Assembly: GCA_020137815.1 (NCBI GenBank)
Contig: CM035350.1
Span: 9,548,001-9,612,000, forward strand
Length of the DNA: 64,000 bases
Source: Hormiphora californensis
Taxonomy: Eukaryota > Animalia > Ctenophora
Direction: 5' to 3'
Below the pieces are notes generated by a model. It was given only the letters and a program-made list of their open reading frames with translations. It was not told the origin of the DNA and did not search any database. The position numbers were made by a program, and so were the translations under genes. Below are positions 23,707 through 36,500 of this stretch, piece after piece (the stretch's first letter is position 1; each line of letters opens with the position of its first letter).

Positions 23707-26700
23707 GACAGACAGACAGAACCTCAGTAGTGTACGTACTGTGCGATGTAGATGTAAATGTAGAAGCTCTCGTAGTATTGGGAAGGGAAGACTGAGGCTG
23801 TAAATGTGTCCATTAGGATTACAAACATACTCGGCAAGTAAACCCTGTGTGGGAGATTAACATATTGGATGGTTACCTTCTAGAGTTTACTGGCTGGCGG
23901 CACGGACCCGATCTGAACGAGAATCAAAACGGGGTCTGGCAGATCTAACAAAACATTTAATGAGACTCAGTTAGAGTACTTCTGGGACCTACCAGATGTT
24001 AAGACCAAATATCATGAGATAGTAGGCGCCCTCTCTCGACACATCCGCATACATCTTCTTATAGTTTGTATGGGCACTTTGTAGGGTGAGAAGGGATATC
24101 AGGACCAGTACGGTCATTATATGAGCCTGACAGATAAACACCCCTGCTTTTCGTGATCCAGAGAGATCTGAAACAAGTAAACAACCAATCAGAACTCGTT
24201 ATTTAGGTCACGTGACTGGTTATCAGCCAATCAGGGACCAGTAATATTTCCTGATTCGGTCACCCCTGCTTTTCGTGATCCAGAGAGATCTGGAGAGATC
24301 AGGGGGTTAAGGAAATAAGATATCTGGGTAGAATACATGAAAGAACACATTGAAATTTCTAGGTATGCCTCCCAACCTATTTCTGATAAAGTGCCCGCTT
24401 CCACTGCGTCTGCTTCGTGTGGCGCTGTTTTGATGACGCACCATCCCAGTTTAGAGTCAAAACACAGGGAGCTTCTATCTGACTCGTGGAGAACGTCCGT
24501 CTTGCTACTTTCATAAAACTTAGTGTACAATATATCAACTGGAAATGGGGGATAGTTAGAACTAGGTGTACAATATATCAACTGGAAATGGGGGATGGTT
24601 AGAACTTGGTGTACAATATATCAACTGGAAATGGGGGATAGTTAGAACTAGGTGTACAATATATCAACTGGAAATGGGGGATAGTAAGAACTAGGTGTAC
24701 AATATATCAACTGGAAATGGGGGATAGTTAGAACTTGGTGTACAATATATCAACTGGAAATGGGGGATGGTTAGAACTAGGTGTACAATATATCAACTGG
24801 AAATGGGGGATGGTTAGAACTTGGTGTACAATATATCAACTGGAAATGGGGGGATGGTTAGAACTTGGTGTACAATATATCAACTGGAAAATGGGGGATG
24901 GTTAGAACTAGGTGTACAATATATCAACTGGAAATGGGGGATGGGGGTTTTGAAATTGGGGGGTACAATAATCAAAAAAATGGAAAAGGGGGGGAAATTT
25001 GAACTTGGGGTCCAAATTCAAAAGGAAATGGGGGTGGTTTTTAAATTTGGGGTTTCCAAAATACCAAAGGGGGAAAAGGGGGGTGGTTTTGAACTTGGTT
25101 TTTACCCAAAATATCAACGGAAAAAGGGGGGGGTTAGAACTTGGTGTAAAAATTATCAAATGGAAATGGGGGGGGGTTTTGAAAACTTTGGGGACCCAAA
25201 ATATCAACGGAAAAAAGGGGATGGTTTGAACTTGGGGGTTCCCAAAATTCAAATGGAAAAGGGGGGGTGGTTAGTAGAAATTGGGTTTTTACAATATATC
25301 AACTGGAAATGGGGGGGGGTGGTTAGAACTGGTGTCCAATTACAAATGGAAAAGGGGGGGTGTTTGAAATGGTTTTACCCTATATCAAATGGAAAGGGGG
25401 GAATTAGTTTGGAAAATTGGTGTAAATATATAAAATGGAAATGGGGGATGGTTTAGAATGGGGCAAAATTTTCAAGGGGAAAAGGGGGATAGTTTTGAAA
25501 TTGGTTTTAAAAATATATCAACTGGGAAAAGGGGGGGGTTAGAACTTGGTGTCCCAAAATATCAAGGAAAAAAGGGGGAATTTTTTGAAACCCAGGTTTT
25601 TTACAATAATCAAATGGAAAAAGGGGGAGGGGTTGAACCTTTGGGGACAAATATCAAATGGAAAGGGGGGTATTAGAATTGGTTTACCAAAATTTTCAAT
25701 GGAAAGGGGGATGGTTTAAAAACTTTGGGACAATAACAAAATGGAAAAGGGGGGGGGTTTTGAACTTGGTGTACCCAAAATACAACGGAAAGGGGGGGTA
25801 GTTAGAACTTGGTGTACAATATATTTTAAATGGAAAAGGGGGATGGTTTTTGAACTAGAGGGCAGTTTGGGGTTACCGTATATCAACTGGGGAAAGGGAA
25901 AAGGGGGAAATTGGGGGGGGGGGGGGGGGGCCAAAACCATTTTTTGTATGTTTGACGGAAAAAAAAAAGATTGCCACAAAAAAAAAAAAATACAAAAAAA
26001 AAAACAAAAAAGTACAAAAAAAAACAAAAAAATACAAAAAAAAATTAAAAAAAAGTTTTTAAGGGATTTACCAATTTTTGTTCGAAAATTTTTTCTGTTT
26101 TCCACCTATTTTACGCAAATTTTGCACAAAATATATACATATTTTACAAAAATGTAAGGGGATGCCCCAAAAACGCGGAGGGAAAAAAATTTTTCCCAAT
26201 CGCAATTTTTTACCCCGGGAAAAAAAGGAGGTCGGTTTGAACTTGACCGAATTTTGGGCAGGTCAATTTAGGGGAGGGCTGATTTAGGGGAGGTCTGAAT
26301 ACTAAGGGATGTGAAGGTTTATTCGGGTAAGGGTTTTTAGCGGAGGAGACGATAAGAGATAGGAAAGTGATTGGGGAAGAAAAGGAGGGTTCCCCCAAAA
26401 GATCCCTTTTTTTGGCTTTTTTTGGGGGACATTGTTCCGGGAAATTAGAGCCCCATACAATGGGAAAACTTTCTGAGTGGTGATAGGTATATGGGTGGAA
26501 AACGAAAAGAAACTTTTCCCCCCAATTTGTATCTCCTCTCTCTAATGATTGGCTTCCCCCAATAGGGGCTATAATCTCGTTTTCGTTCACACAGCTTTAA
26601 AAAGCTCCCCCGGGGCCCCGAATAAAATTTCCCGGGTTTTGTAAATTTGGGCCCGCCCTAAAAGACCTGCCCTAAAAACGACGGGGGCCAAAAACCCGAC

Positions 26701-29700
26701 CCCACCCAAATTCAGAATGCCCCCAATTCGCCCTGCCCTAAATTCAAATCGGGGTTCTCCCCAACCCGGAAAACCGGACCTAATGCAGGGAGGCGAGTGG
26801 GGAAGGGGCCCCTAACCAAACCCCGCCGACCCAAAAAATTTCAATATTTTCTTTTTTTTAAAAAGTGTAGGGAAATCTTTGCTTTTTAAAGGGATTTTGG
26901 TTTTTGCGCTGACAGGTAGAGTTGGGGGCTGATTTTCAAAAATAATACAAGATTTAATAATTATGAAGTTTGGGGGGAAATTGCCCATTTTTGCTGGGTT
27001 TTCTTTTCTCAAAGATTTGTTTTTCGGTGAATAAAAATTTTTTTTTCCATAGAAAAGGGGGCTTTTTAGAGGGAAGGTTCTACCCTGGAAAAAATTTTCA
27101 GTAGAAAAAACGGGGGGCCCCAGAGGGGGAAAAGGGCCCCCGGGAGCTTCGCCGATCGGGACTGGGAAAAGATCGGGGAAGGGTAGAGGGGGGAAGGGGG
27201 GGAGGGGGGGAGCGCAAAGGGAAAGGGGATCTCCTTTCTTCCGTCTCTCTTTTTTTCCCCCCCTAAAAGAAAAAAAGAGGGGAAAAAAAGAAAAGAAAGA
27301 AAAAAGAGGACCCTTTGCGAAAAGAGAGGGGGGGGTAAAAATAATAAAATAATATTTAAAGCTTGTATACCCCCAATACCCAGGGTACAGTCACAAAGGT
27401 AGGGTTTTTCCCAAAGTTGCTATCTTTAAACCCAAAGGCTTATATAGGGTGGAAAGCGATAAAAAACTTTCCCCGAAAACGTATTTTTAAACCCTCGTCT
27501 AAACCCCCTCCTGATTGGTCCCCGAAAATGTTTTCCCGGGGAGGGGGTTAGGGATGGGGAAGGAAAAAACCGATTTGAAAAAAATTTACCGAAAAGGTCT
27601 CATATCGTCTAACACCCTTTATTGGCTTTCCCCCCAATCCTGTTCATATCTTTATCGTCTCCCACCCCTAAAAAAGTTCCCCCCCAATCGCATTCACATG
27701 CTTTGACTCAGACCTGCCCTAAAAAAGACCCCCCCGCCCTAAATTTAGGGCCTTTCCCCAAATTCAGACCGGCCCCCAAAAACAGACCTGCCCTTTAAAA
27801 TTTTGGTCGAAGGTTTACCGACCTGCCCGAAAACTTTCTCGAATCGCAATTTCTTACCGAGAAAACTTTCTCGAATCGTAATTTCGAACCAAGAAATTTT
27901 TCTCGAATCGAAATTTGTAAGCTAGAAAATTTTCCCGAATCGTAATTTCTTACCGAGAAAATTTTCTCGAATCGTAATTTGGACCAAGAAATTTTTCTCG
28001 AATCGAAATTTGTAAGCGAGAAAATTTTCCCGAATCGTTAATTTCTTACCGAGAAAATTTTCTCGAATCGTAATTTCGAACCAAGAAATTTTTCTTGAAT
28101 CGACATTTCTAAGCGAGAAAATTTTTTCCGAATCGTAATTCTTACGAGAAAATTTTCTCGAATCGTAATTCGAACCAAGAAAATTTTTCTCGAATCGACA
28201 TTTCTAAGCGAGAAAAATTTTTCGAATCGCAATTTCTTACCGAGAAAATTTTCTCGAATCGTAATTTGGAACCAAGAAAATTTTTCTCGAATCGACATTT
28301 CTAAGCGAGAAAATTTTTCCGAATCGCAATTTCTTACCGAGAGAATTTTCTCGAATCGTAATTTCGAACCAAGAAAATTTTCTCGAATCGACATTTCAAA
28401 GCGAGAAAATTTTTCCAAATCGCAATTTCTAAGCGAGAGAAATTTTCCCGAATCGCAATTTCTTACCGAAAAATTTTTCTTGAATCGATATTTCTAGGAG
28501 AGAAAATTTTTCGAATCACAATTTCTTAGCGAAAATTTTTCTCTTATCGCAATTTTTTAGCGAGAAAGTTTTCTCGAATCGCAATTTCTTAGGGAGAAAG
28601 TTATCTCTAATGACAATTTCTTACCGAGAAAGTTTCTCGAATCATAACTTCTAACCGAGAAAATTTTCTCGAATCGTTATCTGAATCAATCATGTTTGCT
28701 TTTCCAAATTTCAAGAACATGTACTTTTTCATATATGTATTACATGTATAATGTAACACTTTTAGGGAATAAAATGCGTGACAATGGAACTAAAACGTTC
28801 CTAGGTGGTACATGGGCAAAAAAGGAACCCGTCTATGTATTATTTACACGTTTATCAGGCACCCATATACCCTTAAATATTTTGTATTTTTTTGTATTTT
28901 TTTGTATTTTTTGTACGGAAAAAAACAAGAATTTTGGATATTTTTTTGTATGGCCCGTACAAAAACATACAAAAAAATACAAAAAAAAATAGGTTGGAAC
29001 CCCCCCGGATAGTTAGAACTAGGTGTACAATATATCAACTGGAAATGGGGGATAGTTAGAACTAGGTGTACAATATATCAACTGGAAATGGGGGATGGTT
29101 AGAACTTGGTGTACAATATATCAACTGGAAATGGGGGATGGTTAGAACTTGGTGTACAATATATCAACTGGAAATGGGGGATGGTTAGAACTAGGTGTAC
29201 AATATATCAACTGGAAATGGGGATGGTTTAGAACTTGGTGTTACAATATATCAAACTGGAAATGGGGGATGGTTAGAACTTGGTGTACAATATATCAACT
29301 GGAAATGGGGGATAGTTAGAACTTAGGTGATACAATATATCAACTGGAAATGGGGGATGGTTAGAACTTGGTTGTACAATATATCCAACTGGAAATGGGG
29401 GATGGTTAGAATAGGTGTACAATATATCAAATGGAAAATGGGGGATGGTTAGAACTAGGTGTACAATATATCAATGGAAATGGGGGATGGTTAGAAACTT
29501 GGTGTACAATATATCAATGGAAAGGGGGATAGTTAGAACTAGGTGTACAATTATCAACTGGAAATGGGGATGATTAGAACCTTGTGTACAATATATCAAC
29601 TGGAAATGGGGGGGATAGTTAGAACTTGGTGTACCAATATATCAACTGGAAATGGGGGATGGTTAGAACTTGGTGTACAATATATCAACTGGAAATGGGG

Positions 29701-31523
29701 GATGGTTAGAACTTGGTGTACAATATATCAATGGCAATGGGGGATGGTTAGAACTTGGTGACAATATATCAACTGGAAATGGGGATGGTTAGAACTAGGT
29801 GGTACAATATATCAACTGGAAATGGGGGATGGTTAGAACTTGGTGTACAAGATATCAACTGGAAATGGGGGATGGTTAGAACTTGGTGTACAATATATCA
29901 ACTGGAAATGGGGGATGGTTAGAACTAGGTGTACAATATATCAACTGGAAATGGGGGATGGTTAGAACTTGGTGTACAATATATCAACTGGAAATGGGGG
30001 ATGGTTAGAACTTGGTGTACAATATATCAACTGGAAATGGGGGATGGTTAGAACTTGGTGTACAATATATCAACTGGAAATGGGGGATGGTTAGAACTAG
30101 GTGTACAAGATATCAACTGGAAATGGGGGATAGTTAGAACTTGGTGTACAATATATCAACTGGAAATGGGGGATGGTTAGAACTAGGTGTACAATATATC
30201 AACTGGAAATGGGGGATGGTTAGAACTTGGTGTACAATATATCAACTGGAAATGGGGGATGGTTAGAACTTGGTGTACAATATATCAACTGGAAATGGGG
30301 GATGGTTAGAACTTGGTGTACAATATATCAACTGGAAATGGGGGATGGTTAGAACTTGGTGTACAATATATCAACTGGAAATGGGGGATAGTTAGAACTT
30401 GGTGTACAATATATCACTGGAAATGGGGGATAGTTAGAACTTGGTGTACAATATATCAACTGGAAATGGGGGATAGTTAGAACTTGGTGTACAATATATC
30501 AACTGGAAATGGGGGATGGATAGAACTAGGGACAGTGTATCAACTGGAAATGGGGGATGGTTAGAACTTGGTGTACAATATATCAACTGGAAATGGGGGA
30601 TGGTTAGAACTTGGTGTACAATATATCAACTGGAAATGGGGGATGGTTAGAACTAGGTGTACAATATATCAACTGGAAATGGGGGATGGTTAGAACTTGG
30701 TGTACAATATATCAACTGGAAATGGGGGATGGTTAGAACTTGGTGTACAATATATCAACTGGAAATGGGGGATGGTTAGAACTTGGTGTACAATATATCA
30801 ACTGGAAATGGGGGATGGTTAGAACTTGGTGTACAATATATCAACTGGAAATGGGGGATGGTTAGAACTTGGTGTACAATATATCAACTGGAAATGGGGG
30901 ATGGTTAGAACTAGAGACATGGCGAAATGCAGTGTGAGCCGCACGAGAGACAGTGTGAGAGAAACATATTCGTCCAGGACGCGAACCAGTTCACTTACAG
31001 GTCATGTATGATATTGGAATTAGTATTGAAAACAGGAATGTGTTCTTCAGTCGTCTCCTCCAGCAATCGGCCGCCTCCATCTTTCTAAGTACCATGATTC
31101 TGTCATATGCAGCCAGGGAGAGGCTCAGAAGGGATGACTGCACTAGGAAGAGGTTGATGAAGTAGCTGGCATAACAAAACTTGCCCGAGTAGTTGACCGA
31201 TTGACACAACCGGACCATCGCTGGGATTACTATCATACTCACTGAAAATTGGAAGTAGTATTATGCTAACGACACACACACGCACACACACAAATCATAT
31301 TTCATTGACGATGTTGCGAGATAAATATAAAGGAAAGAGATTTACCTTTCAGTATGTCCGTAAGAGCGAACAGGGAGCTGTAATAAGTGACAACCCAATC
31401 AATGTGCCTCCTGAATCTCCTTAGCACATAGACCAGGGCTGCGTTAGATGCTATGGCACACAATAGCAGCATCACCAAGAGGGCCACCGTACCCGGGTGA
31501 GTCACACCACTCTTGTTTTTCAT
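23081..31523 (-). CDS. Rhodopsin-like class A GPCR, multi-exon
   Basis: TM1 [12 protein letters not shown]2 LFALTDIL (exon 31523-31345); TM3 LSLAAYDRI (exon ~31243-31000); exon 24538-24377; TM5/6 exon from 24167; TM7 [14 protein letters not shown]; stop at 23081. Some exons near 23.7-23.95 kb need frameshift correction. Confidence 0.75.
23444..23719. repeat. (GACA)n tetranucleotide microsatellite, intronic
   Basis: Direct reading. Confidence 0.97.
24171..24260 (-). mobile_element. Truncated short repeat/MITE flanked by a 32-bp direct duplication
   Basis: Reverse-complement homolog of 39122-39208; flanks 24139-24170 and 24261-24292 are identical. Confidence 0.9.
25913..29006. mobile_element. 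G/C-ended foldback-like element inserted in the satellite
   Basis: Left end poly-G plus (AAAAAATAC)n; right end (GTATTTTTT)n..GGTTGGAACCCCCCC. The left half is low quality, so boundaries are approximate. Confidence 0.55.
27831..28678. repeat. ~31-32-bp tandem repeat (TCGAATCG[C/T]AATTTCTTACCGAGAAAATTTTC) with a trimeric higher-order pattern
   Basis: Direct periodicity. Confidence 0.92.
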
Positions 31524-31857
31524 TGTGGCATTGTGACTGTGGCAACTGTACACGCTTATCTCCTCATGATTCATCTTCTGCGACGGTCAGGAGTTTCAAA
31601 TGTAGTAAGGAAAGAAAAAATCAACAACATATGACATGAGTTCTTTCACAGAAGAAAATGCACGAGTGTGTGTGTGGGAGAGAGAGATTAAAATCTAGAG
31701 ATAAAGTAGCAAGCACGCGAAAAGGATGGAGCGGCTCGTGATTTTAGATTTATTGTCTCACGAATCCAATTTCAATTTTAAAACAAAAGAATCTCTCGTG
31801 ACTTCCTGGTCCTCCCACTTCCTTCACTCAGCCAACAGCTCTAGGGAAACAAAGGTG

Positions 31858-31941
<84 letters not shown>

Positions 31942-33519
31942 GAGGGAGATAGGTAGAGACTGTATTGTGTTGGATTGAGAACGTGCGAGGTCGTGTACTT
32001 TCAATCAATAAACGCCCACCAAAGAAGACCCAACCCAAATGAGAGGAGGATAGCTGTACTAGACAGAGTGTCTTCATATCACCCTCTTTGAAATATTTCT
32101 TTTCTGGAGTCAGATGAAAACACGTATATAATTCATATTGTATTTCACGAACAACAGCAAAATGGAAGTAGAGAAGTAAGCATGAAAAGTAAACATGGTT
32201 GAACAGACTACGAGATTGTTCTCGGGAAAATTGTGAAAAGGAGATGGCCGATGGGGGGATAGTTAAAGAAAAAAAGAAGGTTGGAGATGGCATTTAGTGC
32301 GTGTTCATTAGTTTAATTTGGACCTCGTTAGCGCTCCCTTCACTTTCCCACGCGGTATACCCACCACAGCACAGGGACATCTTCACAAGAGGACAGAGAG
32401 ATACTGGGACAGAGAGATAAAGAGAGATTCAGAGAGAGGGAAGGAAAACTTAGACGAATTCACAAACGAGTGTGTGTACATTGCACCTGGCTTCTATCGC
32501 ACATGTTTGTGGTGCCAAGTCACAACTTATTCCGTGGTGACAGTATGTTAGAATTCAGAGTGGAATCTTTCTGTTTTTCTGTAATCCGCCGGGCACAATG
32601 AGATATCTAGTTTGAAATATTTTATAATTATATTCAAATTAACGTATTCGCATTATATGGAGTATCAGTATGCACTAACAACATGGGAACAACATGTATA
32701 CCGTTATACCCCCCCCCCCCCCCCCCCCGATTTAATAATTGTTATACGAGATGCAGGATGGAGTGTATTTGAAACTAAAATATTCGATGATATCATGAAT
32801 TCTGTTGTGTATCTATTATTTTATCTTCAAATATCCGTTAAAACTCCGAGATCGTTATATTCCTCCGAAATCTGATCCTGGTTTGGTTTTGCCTGGCTAG
32901 ACTGTGTTTACAAATGTAAAGTGAGGGTTAGAACATAGCAAGTTTGGTTGTCGAATTACCAGGAGCTATCCGGTATTGTGAGTGATTGGCCCTTCTCTTG
33001 CAATGGAGCTATGGTTTTAACAAAATGCCGGACTTGTGTTGCTCGCTGTGGGTCCGGTAGAGCAAGGACAGGCTGTCCAAAACAAGTTACCACGGTACTC
33101 GTGGGTGACAGTGAGATAGGGTGTCCTGTTGGTCAGTGCGCGTCATTGTTTGTCCGCGCCTTCTCCATACCCCGTGTGTCACTGCGCCCTACAAACACGT
33201 TAAATTGCAAGAATTAGGACTCAACAAGGACGGTGCATCTTTGAACACCGCCATTCTGAGCATTAGTCAGGGTCGTTTAAAATCGACATCTCAATATCAC
33301 ATTCCTAACTTGTAATCAACACGAGAAAGAATGGTCAGGTACAAATCAGGGCCATGGGCAATGGATGCCCAGAGCTATCCATTGGACAATGGACAGCTCT
33401 GGGCATCTAATATTGATTATATGCTGCTGTATTGCTCGACCCTGTTTCACCGTGTCCAAGTAGAGGAGGGTTAGAAACAAGGCACGAAACAGTCTGAATA
33501 AATACTAGTAGTATACTAT

Positions 33520-36500
33520 GTACCTGTAGTAGATGAGGGAAATGAAAGCACCAAGTAGAGAAGACCCCACTACAAGTCCAATTAATGCATTTGTATACCA
33601 GCGGTGGGACTCCATATTAAAATACCAGTATAATACCATCCCCAGATTTTGAAGGGCTGTGTAACTGTGATTACACGCCATCGGATCTTGATTCTCGTGC
33701 CTTAGACATGATGGTATTATGATCAAGCTCTCACATACTTGAAGCAAAAGTGCACGACTAACTGATGACACTGCCGGTCAAACCGAACTTACACCTCATT
33801 ATAGCAAAATACAGCTACAAGAAAAGGACAAACAGAGTTTCACAGCTAATTAAGTAGGCAGTACCCCCCAGTTAACTTACACAATATTAAAGAAGACAAG
33901 GACAAGAGTATACTGCTGATCAGCTTGAAAAACCACATCGTTCCAAACTAGCCGCCATAGAAGTGGGTCCTGGCCAAGGCAGCGTAAACCAGACAGGACA
34001 ACCAGTGGACACTTAGAACCCAACACAACGTAACCTGTGTGAGTAATGTTTACTTGTGATTTTTATTTATTTTAAAATAAGGATCGGGTCAGTGCCAAGA
34101 ATCAACTTAACTGAGAGAATTTATCTCCCACGTATGGTACCGATTGGGGATAGAAAATGCCCAGTCTAGCATAGTTCCAGCAATCGTGGTAAAATAAAAT
34201 ATGTAGCCTCGTTATTTTCATGAAGGAAGTTCCCGAAAACCATGAACGGTGGTGCTCAATTTCCGTCATAAATGGCTACAGTTACTATGCGCTCACGTAA
34301 CGTTACACGTATTTTGATAACGCTCGATTTGTGAGTATTTCAAATCCGAGATTTCTAAACCCTGTATGATCTTTTTAGCACACGTGCTAAAACAATCATT
34401 CGGATGGAGGCCTTCAACATCCACCCGGGCAGGGTAAATAGCACGGGCTGCTGTATACACTACTATACAGCGTATAACCTCCAGATACCATGACGGTTCC
34501 GGCTGCTCTGTTGGTACCACCACATTTCCTTGCGAATTGAAATTAGAATTTGATGAAAAACTGAATTAGTATGACTCACAACAATACATTCGCATACAAT
34601 AACAATGATTATAAAGTGAAGGATAAAACATCAAAACACACGCACGTACGCCTATTTCACTGTTATAATTCAACATTATATTAAGATATGAAGACCCTAG
34701 TGAGTCCAATAATTAATTCAAATGTTTTAGTAGATAATTAGATAGGGTCCAAAGTAACTGCACAGACAGAGTTTGATATTCCTCGATTTATAGACTAGTT
34801 TCCGCCACTTCTTCTCTAGCTACTGGTGCTGCAGTAGTCTGCTGCAGGGTGGGACAGGATAGCCACATTCTCCTCACAGAACCCACCAAGAACGAGATGG
34901 CCGACCTTGCTAGACCCATGTAGAAGTTTGACTCGTAGAGGAGGGGGTTGATGACAGAATTTATCGGCAGAATCAGGATGGAGAAATAAGGATACCAGCT
35001 GGTGGCATCGATTACTTCTGCTAGGTGTAGGAAAGCCACCACCCCCAGAGGGATCCAGCAGAAGAAATCCGTTACGATGATGGCAAATATTTTCGCGTTT
35101 AGTTCTCTGTTGTTTCCACCGAACCGGCCTGCATTTCTACCCGACCTGCTGGTTCTGTAGCCGATGAGAATGTAACTTATCGCGATGAATAGGAAACATA
35201 GACAATTTGTCGTTAAAACAGCGGTTGAAAAGCCCCACTGTGGATCATCTGTCTTTACCAAGTACTTGAAGAGCAAACACCAGCGTTCCCATAAAAATCC
35301 ACTTTCTCCTCTTATTTCGAAATTAAGCAGCATATTAAACGAGTTTATAAATATTATAAAGTATGATTGGATCTGTAACTGGACCATTATGGCTAGGGCT
35401 TAGGGGCTTAAATGGAACAATTCGGATATTTCACCTTTAGGTTTCTTGAGAAATTTCAGCCACAGCCATCGTATCTCTCCCCAGGATGATTCACCATTCC
35501 AAGAACTGGAGTTTCGCCGAATAACTTTAAAAGCTTTAAAATGCCGCAGCTTGTCAACGTTCCCAAAAATAGCGGCGAGTCCTTATAGTACAGGCCGTTA
35601 ACAAAATAGTCTTCAAAAATCGTGAAACTGGATTACTGCAACCATCAGACTTGCGAGTATTGGGCTCCTGCGAGGATTCCTAATTTACTGCAGATTGTAG
35701 GTTTGACATTCTTGAAGGACCATTTTTTCCCACTGTGGTGACTACTTATTGCCAACATTGTCATTGCGAAGAGTGACAGTGGGAACCAGTGGTGCTGAGA
35801 ACCCCAAGAAAGGAACACTCCAGTAGAACTGTACCATTCGTAGCGTTTTCTGACAATAGTCTCCTGAGACCTTGGCCTGGTCAAAGTAGGATACTGCAAT
35901 GAGTAAAGTCCTAAGCACAAGTCTCCGAGGTGATCATCATTATGCCAGTTGGTTCAGGAACATTTCATATGTTTTTGGTGGGTAGTTTCGAGCCTGACCT
36001 CACAGAGAGAAACCGTGTTACAGCAATGTCGACACGGTTCCCACGATGTAGTGCCTATCCTCAGATGGTTTTTTCGAAGATGTAAAGGTGCTTGGTGGGG
36101 CATTCAGGCTGGCACTCATCAGAGTAATCTCCACAACTTACCACTCCATGGCACATTTGACGCGTCCAGATAAGTATCACTTGAGTTACACTTGAAATTG
36201 TTTTACAGTTATCTCGTCAGAACATCCCCACAGTCGTCTAAGGTCGCACACTTGTTGATACCGCACACACCTTTTGTTGAACAGGGGAAAATTGTGGTCA
36301 TTACCATGTACGTTTTCGTTTCAGCAAAGTTGTAACTGTGTTATCCCATGTGAGGGCCCGGACGCTGTCGCTACGTTTAGCAAGTGTCTCCAGGTACATC
36401 GATCAGTGGGCAGTCGCATCCAGACAACGTTGTTGCATGCGGCGTAGACATAGTTCTCTCCGAACAGATTTAGACAGTATATTCTCTTTGTGCGGAGAAC

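Larger units (their letters stand above)
24521..30914 (-). repeat. 43-bp satellite in two blocks (24521-~25890 and 29006-30914) filling a GPCR intron
   Basis: Unit GGTGTACAATATATCAACTGGAAATGGGGGATGGTTAGAACTT; roughly 75 units by length. Confidence 0.95.

Noticed and set aside
24940-27830. Apparently diverged satellite units and novel ORFs
   Set aside because: The degradation pattern (expanded A/G/T runs) indicates sequencing noise rather than evolution
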